This document shows, piece by piece, positions 1 through 6,900 of a DNA stretch of 63,154 nucleotides; within the stretch, counting starts at the first letter, position 1, and each line of letters starts with the position of its first letter. Source of the DNA: Candidatus Nomurabacteria bacterium (lineage in GTDB: Bacteria > Patescibacteriota > Minisyncoccia > Phycocordibacterales > UBA9973). Made by a program: the position numbers and the translations under genes. The stretch is from NCBI GenBank assembly GCA_943354905.1, contig CALRDL010000003.1, forward strand, positions 1-63,154, written 5' to 3'. The notes beneath the pieces are model-generated. The model saw only the letters and a program-made list of their open reading frames with translations. It was not told where the DNA came from and searched no databases.

Positions 1-62
1 AATTCATTCGATCATAGAGGATTTGAAAAGTATTACTGATGCGAAGATTTTGAATAAAATAA

Positions 63-783
63 CTAACCAAATACAATTTGAGAGAGTTCGCGACTATGCA
101 AAAGTGAAGGATTTAGAAGAAATGTTGCACTAATGGCAGAAGTCGGGACCGCATCGGCAATACTGCTTTGATTCTTGTTAGTTACAGAATATAATACTCC
201 ACCATAAGAAGCTGTAAGAGCGCCAGCTGCTGCCAAAGTACTGGCAGCGCTAATTGATATAGCACATGGTACCAATATTATTCCGCCACCAGCCAATGAT
301 GCTGCACAAATTCCCGTGCCAGTAACTGCAACCATAGCGCCAGCCGCTGCCGCACCCCCACCACCAGTAATGGCAAGAACTGACATATATTGTACAGTAC
401 TATTGCCAGTTTGTCTGCCTAGTTGAAAAGGTAAGGAATTTATTTTATTAATATCGCTACCCATTATCTTGGAAGCATTAGAAGCCACATTAAACAGTGC
501 GGAGTCAACGATTTGATAGCTAGTTCCAGCTACGAAAAGAGTGCCACCTTTAACAGTATTTAAAATGCCAGGAACAGCATCAACAACATTTTTTGCAACA
601 TTAACTACCACTGTTTTTACTACTGTGCCAACTGTTTTTGCAATACTTCCCACCACCTTCCCTATCCCTACCACCACATTCTTGATGGCGGGCACTACTG
701 TGTTCACTACAGAAGTTGGAGCCTTGGGAACAGAGACAGCTGGCTTCGCAGGAGCATTCGTATTCGCCACAGCTTGCTTGGTG
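63..783 (-). pseudogene. Displaced, start-less polymorphic-toxin C-terminal cassette 2 (RHS junction homology plus Gly/Ala-rich membrane tail)
   Basis: ORF 63-770 opens only at a GTG. Nt 651-783 match 125/133 positions of 4494-4626 in the full-length RHS gene (shared peptide TNAPAKPAVSVPKAPTSVVNTVVPAIKNVVVGIGKVV). The sequence then diverges into ITGGGGAAAAGAMVAVTGTGICAASLAGGGIIL... The upstream leader box carries ATA instead of ATG, followed by a stop. Confidence 0.6.
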
Positions 784-784
784 A

Positions 785-795
785 AGGCAAGACCT
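785..795 (-). repeat. Copy of the 11-mer core aggtcttgcct (plus strand reads aggcaagacct) at the upstream edge of cassette-2 homology
   Basis: Exact 11-mer also present at 23518-23528, 33719-33729, 36726-36736 and 39237-39247. This copy is in the opposite orientation and lacks an extended stem. Confidence 0.5.
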
Positions 796-938
796 CATAA
801 GATAGTTATGAAAAGAACATCTGGACTTACATCACATCGACCTGAATGCCGTGGGGTTATCGTGAATGGTGGCTGACCTTATTAAATAAGGCTCGTCGGT
901 GTTGGACACCCGAAGTTACCCGAAGTTATTGGAGATTT

Positions 939-1343
939 TTATTTTAATTTAAAGCTAGTAATATTTTCTCTAAAGTAACTACCAAATGCTACTAACTCAA
1001 TACAATCAATATACCCGTTTTCCCCCCAGAGTAGTGTATCGCCACCAAGCTCAATATCATCTGATTCTATCTTTGGGCCATATATAGGAAACCCTTTTTT
1101 TATATCATTTTTTTTAACACCGAAACTAGAAACAACGAATTCTCTATTTGTAAAAATAGAAAAATCAATCGGTTTAAGATTGCGAGGGACCTTCAAAGTT
1201 ATATAAAAACCTACTTTAGTCCACTCTCTTTTTACAAGTTTAGCGGATTTTATCTGAGTAGTAAGGTTAAGATCTTTATAGTTTTCTATAAACCATTCTA
1301 AGATGGCTTTTTCTAGTTTGTTAAATTTAGTATCATTGTCCAT
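939..1343 (-). CDS. Putative immunity protein for toxin cassette 1
   Basis: Small ORF. Started at the internal ATG (MDNDTKFNKLEK...), it begins 16 nt after the cassette-1 stop, which is the position and size expected of a cognate immunity gene. No family recognised. Confidence 0.5.
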   Translation of the reverse strand: MDNDTKFNKLEKAILEWFIENYKDLNLTTQIKSAKLVKREWTKVGFYITLKVPRNLKPIDFSIFTNREFVVSSFGVKKNDIKKGFPIYGPKIESDDIELGGDTLLWGENGYIDCIELVAFGSYFRENITSFKLK

Positions 1344-1359
1344 AAACTTTAGATAAATT

Positions 1360-1917
1360 CTATTTAATAAACATTGTACTAAGTCGAGGAATCCCATCAA
1401 TTATTATTACTCGGGCAGTAACTATATAATTTCCAATTTTAATCGGCACGTCAGATACAATACTTTCTGGAATTTTTGAAGTAATACTATTTAATCCTTT
1501 TATAACAGCCTGTATCACATTTTCTTTACTCCCTAACTCTTTTACTAGAAGATCTAATTTATGACTTGGGTTACCGAAAATATGTATCATTTTGGTTGGA
1601 TCCTTTGTTACATAGTTCACAGCTTTATTTAATGCATCTTGAGAAAATTTCAAAGTCTGCACCGTCGGACTCTTACCAAACTTAGTAAGTATATCACTCA
1701 TTTTATAGCTTGCCCAAGTGACAGGACCGGCAATCGTTGTTATTACCACAGCTACAAATCCCACAGGACATGCAAAGTAACAAGCGACCACGCCTCCAAT
1801 TATCACCACAGTTCCGGCGATATAGGGGTGTTTCTTTACTACATTTCCTACCACCTTCCCTATCCCTACTGCCACATCTGAATGCCATGGGTTCTCATAA
1901 ATGGTGGCTGACCCCAT
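1360..1917 (-). CDS. Free-standing polymorphic-toxin-like protein (cassette 1): TM hairpin homologous to the RHS C-terminus plus an unrelated tail
   Basis: ATG at 1915-1917 is preceded by AGGAGG (reverse complement of 1930-1935, 12-nt spacing). GIGKVVGNVVKKHPYIAGTVVIIGGVVACYFACPVGFVAVVITTIAGPVTWASYKMSDILTKFG is colinear with RHS aa 1398-1468. A different tail of about 105 aa follows (IHIFGNPSHKLDLLVKELG...). Confidence 0.65.
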   Translation of the reverse strand: MGSATIYENPWHSDVAVGIGKVVGNVVKKHPYIAGTVVIIGGVVACYFACPVGFVAVVITTIAGPVTWASYKMSDILTKFGKSPTVQTLKFSQDALNKAVNYVTKDPTKMIHIFGNPSHKLDLLVKELGSKENVIQAVIKGLNSITSKIPESIVSDVPIKIGNYIVTARVIIIDGIPRLSTMFIK

Positions 1918-1985
1918 TAACCCCTTTATCCTCCTTTATCCTCTCGATTATTTTTTTAATGAGTGTTGCAACGGGATTCATATAT

Positions 1986-2762
1986 TTAAAATTCTACAGA
2001 GCTAATATACTCTCTAAACATTTTCACCTTCTTGCTATCTTCAGAGTTGATAAGGAAAGGTTCGATATCTTGAGCAAGGTCATTAAAATCAAGATCAGCT
2101 GTTTGTTCGAGCAGGGCCTTCTTTAGTTCATCTGCATTCTTAACACCGAGCTTTGCCTCAAGGTATGCATAATTTGGCTTTGTCTGTGGAATAAGGAAGA
2201 CGATATCAAAAAAGTCACGACCCTTTGCTCGCTTACGGTTTAGTGCCGCATAAATCTTTTGCGATAGAAGGATGTCGATAGGGGCGGTAAATATCTGAGT
2301 AAAAACATCAAACTTGTTGAGAATCTTGGTATCTTTCTTGTAGTCAAAAACCTGAGGGACCGTATCGATCTGAATCAGAATCTTTTCTTCCTGCATGTCG
2401 GACATATCATTATCAAAGAGTACCTTTGGCATCCTGATGTATGAACGATATGCACCCTTGAAAACATTTTTCATCTCTACCTCATAACCCTGGAGCTCGA
2501 GACCTTTCTTCACTTCATTTGCCAGGTCGGCGAACTGTTCTTCGGTAAGCTTGAAATTGTCAAAATCGAGATCCTCGGAGAACCTACTGTTGTTGTATAC
2601 GATTCGAAGAGTCGTGCCACCAAGGAATATGAGGTCCTGTGCATACTTTGAGTTGAAAATGATTTCAAGAATCTTGTACTGCAAATACTCTCTCAAGATA
2701 TTTCGCTTGAAAGGCTTTTGATTGTCAGGATAGTACTGTTCTATATTCTTGAGACTAAGCAT
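1986..2762 (-). CDS. AbiEii/DUF1814-type nucleotidyltransferase toxin
   Basis: 258 aa. The motif LIFLGGTTLRIVYNNSRFSEDLDFD is typical of AbiEii. It sits 2 nt downstream of an AbiEi-like gene. Confidence 0.75.
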   Translation of the reverse strand: MLSLKNIEQYYPDNQKPFKRNILREYLQYKILEIIFNSKYAQDLIFLGGTTLRIVYNNSRFSEDLDFDNFKLTEEQFADLANEVKKGLELQGYEVEMKNVFKGAYRSYIRMPKVLFDNDMSDMQEEKILIQIDTVPQVFDYKKDTKILNKFDVFTQIFTAPIDILLSQKIYAALNRKRAKGRDFFDIVFLIPQTKPNYAYLEAKLGVKNADELKKALLEQTADLDFNDLAQDIEPFLINSEDSKKVKMFREYISSVEF

Positions 2763-2764
2763 GA

Positions 2765-3388
2765 TTAGTTAATGGCTGTATTAATAAATTGTAAAAACTT
2801 CTTAGCGCGCTTTTCGAGAGCCTTGCTATGGAAAGCCTCTAGATACTTGTTGAACTTTTCCATATTTAGCCTCTCCTTTAATTCAGAAGTATTGAATCTC
2901 ATCCCTTCAAACGATTCATAGTCATTAATCTTTGAGTTAAAATATAAATAATCCAAAACAGCTTTTTCTACCTCAGCAATCTGATAATGATGACCACCAT
3001 GTTCTCTCAGATCATATCCAAACATAAGATCCGGCTGTACATGTCTGTAAATAAAGTCACCGACAGGGGTCTTTATGTTCTTTGTATTTTGAGATGTGAC
3101 TGAAGTGACTCCATATACAGCTTCAGGAATTAATCCGTAAATTGATAGGGCCATTTCAAGAGAGACGTACGAAGGCTCATAGATGCGATTGGCTATAGTA
3201 AATAGAATCTTTTCATCTATCTGTAGATCAGAAAATATATAAAAGCCTTGGCGGATCTTCTTTACATAATCCTTCTTTTGCCATTCGCTCAATCTCTGCT
3301 TATGGAACGACGAATCAACCTTTTCAATATCCTTTATTGAAAAAACTAGAAAGTCTTTTAGTTGGCTCTTTAGGTCTAAATATTGCAT
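2765..3388 (-). CDS. AbiEi-type transcriptional antitoxin
   Basis: 207 aa, directly upstream of the AbiEii-like gene. Size and gene order fit type IV TA AbiE. Confidence 0.6.
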   Translation of the reverse strand: MQYLDLKSQLKDFLVFSIKDIEKVDSSFHKQRLSEWQKKDYVKKIRQGFYIFSDLQIDEKILFTIANRIYEPSYVSLEMALSIYGLIPEAVYGVTSVTSQNTKNIKTPVGDFIYRHVQPDLMFGYDLREHGGHHYQIAEVEKAVLDYLYFNSKINDYESFEGMRFNTSELKERLNMEKFNKYLEAFHSKALEKRAKKFLQFINTAIN

Positions 3389-3548
3389 ATTATCTTCAAG
3401 TCTTCCGTTTTTTAGGAATACTTAGCGATATTATAGCATAAGCCTATTTGGACGACAACTCACTTTTACGGAGCAAGATTGTGTACAAGGATAAAGAACT
3501 TACACTAATTAATTAAGAATGTGGAAAGAAGTTTTTTCATATCGCTAC

Positions 3549-3932
3549 CTATTTATAATTTTTAAGTCGAGATTTACCTGTAATTTCAAACCCAATCAAA
3601 ACCTTACCCATAAAATTATTCCTAGCAAAATTAAACAATTCTTTTGATTCATATAATCCTTCAAAAATCTCAACATAAAATAGATCAAGAGATTTTGGGT
3701 CACTATCTGAATCTTCAAATAATTCATTAGTGAATACTATAAATTTTTTTATTATTGGATCTTTTTCACCATTATTTTCCAAAATCTTTTTAATAAAATC
3801 AGTAAAATAGCCATAAACCACATGTGGTAACTCTAGATCACTTTCAGCTCTTTTAAATTCTTCGGAATCTTTGAATTCTGGAAATCTCTTAAGCGTAATC
3901 TTTATTATATCTTCATATTTATAAGTATTCAT
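3549..3932 (-). CDS. Putative immunity protein of the main RHS toxin
   Basis: 127-aa acidic ORF starting 7 nt after the RHS stop (intergenic gap of 6 nt). No signal peptide and no recognised family. Confidence 0.5.
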   Translation of the reverse strand: MNTYKYEDIIKITLKRFPEFKDSEEFKRAESDLELPHVVYGYFTDFIKKILENNGEKDPIIKKFIVFTNELFEDSDSDPKSLDLFYVEIFEGLYESKELFNFARNNFMGKVLIGFEITGKSRLKNYK

Positions 3933-3938
3933 AAATAG

Positions 3939-6900
3939 TTATTTAATTAAACTCACAGCATTTTTAAGTTGTTTTAATAATAAATTAGCTATTTCAATAT
4001 CACTTTGAGAAAGGCCTGGGCTCATAAGAATTTTTTCTAGGCTAGTAATTCGTTCCGTTGCAGTAATTATGTGAGTTGATCCCCCAACTAATTTTCCAGT
4101 TTCAGCATAAAACTTAACAGCTCCTGCTGTACCACCAGGCAACTCATCAGTTATTTTATATAAATAACTGAAACCATCTTTAAGTTTTTGATTCTGTATT
4201 ACATTAGCAATTATTTCTCTTTCAGGTGTTGTAAGTAATTTTGTAGATGCACCATTTAAAAGTCTAGTTGCGTTTGCAATTAAACTACTCCCCACATTCC
4301 CAAACTTCGCCACTATATCAGCTATTTTAGCACTCGCCCAAGTAACCCCTGTACCAACAGTCGTAACCACACCAGCAACAAATCCTGGAGGACACCAAGC
4401 GACACAAGACGCGACACCGGCAATGACCACCACAGTGCCAGCGACATAGGGGTGTTTCTTCACTGCATTTACTACCGTGCCAACCCCTCCCATCACCACC
4501 TTCCCTATCCCTACCACCACATTCTTGATGGCAGGCACTACTGTATTCACCACAGAAGTTGGAGCTTTAGGAACAGAGACAGCTGGTTTTGCAGGAGCAT
4601 TCGTAGTCGCCACAGCTTGCTTGGTGGTGGCTACGGCGAGAGTGGTGAGGGCGTTAGATACTTTATTTACAGCCAGAGATAATACTCTGGTGGCGGTTTT
4701 ACCTAGAGCGTCGGTTACTTTCAGGGTGAAGGATGATGAAGTGATACTTGTCGATTTACCAGATAGAGTACCACCGGTTGTCAAAGATACTCCTCTCGGC
4801 AGAGAACCGCTTTCCAGAGTGACCTTATATGGTGCTTTGCCTCCTTGGATGGCAACAGATTGCGAGTAAGTCGTATTTTGCTTAGCGAAAGGGAGAGAAA
4901 TGGTACTAATAGAGAGAATTGGCGCAATTGGGATTGGAGGCGCATTAACTATCGGATTGGGAATAGTAGGTTTTTTGGGAGTTGGTTGGATAACAGGCTT
5001 ACTTAATAGTGTTGGTTTAATTATTGGCGCTGGAACTGGCTTAACCTTGACCACAGGTGCTGGTATAGATTTGATAACAGGTGCTGGAACTGGTTTAACA
5101 ATAGGCGCTGGAGATGGTTTAGGAGCTGGCGCTCTAGGTGCTGGCGCTGGTTTAGGTGCTGGCGCTGGAGCACGTCTGGGCGCTGCATGTGCGGTTTTAA
5201 TGGTAAAGAAACCAAAAATATTTTTCAGTAATTTTGAACGCATTGAGGTCTTGTCTTTGGTCTGGACTTCATCTGTTTTCTGTGAATTGGGGATAGTGGA
5301 TGGCTCCGCCACAGGGATGTTAACCGAGGATTCGTAGGTATCAGTTTTAATTAATTCGCGGTCGTCTTGATTGAGTAATTGGTAAGCTGCGTCAGCTCCA
5401 GTGTGTATTTCTATCACAGCATTAAACTGATTTTGAAGTAAGTTGTTTTTATCATCTCTTGCTTGTCGACGCTCGGATACGTCAGCGGAAACTTGAGCTG
5501 GTTGTTCCACTCTTACAGTTGAATCTTCATTGGCATAGACATTTACCAACTTAAAACCAAACCAGCCAAAAATCTTATTTTTCAACCATGAAACCGGGTC
5601 CGTGGGGTCAGTGGTAGAAGTTGGCTTATCAATCAGCCGTTGATCTTCTTGCGTCCGCTCGGGAAGAGTTGTGGATTCTTCTCCTGGCGGGGATTGATTT
5701 AAGTTTGCCGGTAGTGCTTGATGCAGAGAAGATGAGGTCGAAGTTATTGCTTCTTGCGCTTTCGCGGTTGCGTTGGCAACCAGCAGTCTTTCCACCTGCT
5801 TTTGGTTGTAAGCAATCAAGTCGTCAATTAAACTATTAGTTCTGTCAATTGCGGCCACAGTTAAATCATAAGCCAATTCTAGACGCTGACGATCCTCGTT
5901 GGTAATAACATTGGCCAGGCGGTCAACAGCATTAGCGGCTAACTGTTGTAAATCGGCAATAGTTTCGGTCGCAGAAGCCAAGATTGCACGGATAGACATA
6001 CCTTGATTTGATTTCTCTGCGGCATGGCCAGTGGGATCACTGAAATTAATCGGATCATTCAGACCATAGATGTATTCATTTTGAGTGAGTGTATTTTCCA
6101 GTTCTCCCGGTAATGGATCCTTACTGTAAAATCTTCCAAGGGCGGGGTCATAGGCCCGAGGTCCGAGGAGATAAAGTTGTGCTTCCTGGTCATAGAAATA
6201 TCCAGCATAAAGAAAATCCGAATATATGGAATTATCAAGAGATGATTTCTGAGCGCCAAATTCATCATAGGAGAATTTGGCGACGATGTTTGAGTTATCA
6301 TCCACCAGAGCGACAATGGAGTTATGGCTATCGCGAGTTACGGTATAGACTTTTTTGTCTACCGCCATAGCGATTATTTTTCCTTTGGCGTCATAGAAAT
6401 ACTGGCGGATAATTTTTCCACTGCCATCTTTGACTGTGGTCATATTTTGGCCGTCATAAGTGAAGTTCAGAGTGTTGTTGCTCGTTTCTCTTTTTATCCT
6501 GCGATGCAGAGAATCTAGAGTGTATGAAATCACTTTGCCATCTGGTAGGATGATAGAATTTATATATCCAAATGCGTCATAGCCGTACCCTGTCTCGCTC
6601 TTGGTGTCGCCTTTGATATCTGTTTTCTTCACCAGTTGGCCAGCCTTGTCGTGTTCATAAATTGTCGCTGATCCGTCCGGATATACTGTCCTGGTTAGCT
6701 GATTGCCATCATATTCGTAAGTGATGCGGCCAGAAACACCTTCCTTCACCATTCGATTGCCCCGTTCATTATGGGTATAGCTGGTGATTACACCAGTGCT
6801 GTCAGTCACTTTACTCAATTGATTTGACTCATCATAAGTAAATTTGTTCTTTTGGCCAAAACTATCCGAGCGGGAAGAATATTGTTTACTGGATGTATAA

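Noticed and set aside
651-783. Diversity-generating retroelement (TR/VR pair) as an explanation for the 133-nt repeat
   Set aside because: There is no reverse transcriptase in the window. The 8 mismatches are a mix of transitions at A, C, T and G positions rather than adenine-specific. The repeat is a conserved junction rather than a variable ligand-binding tip.
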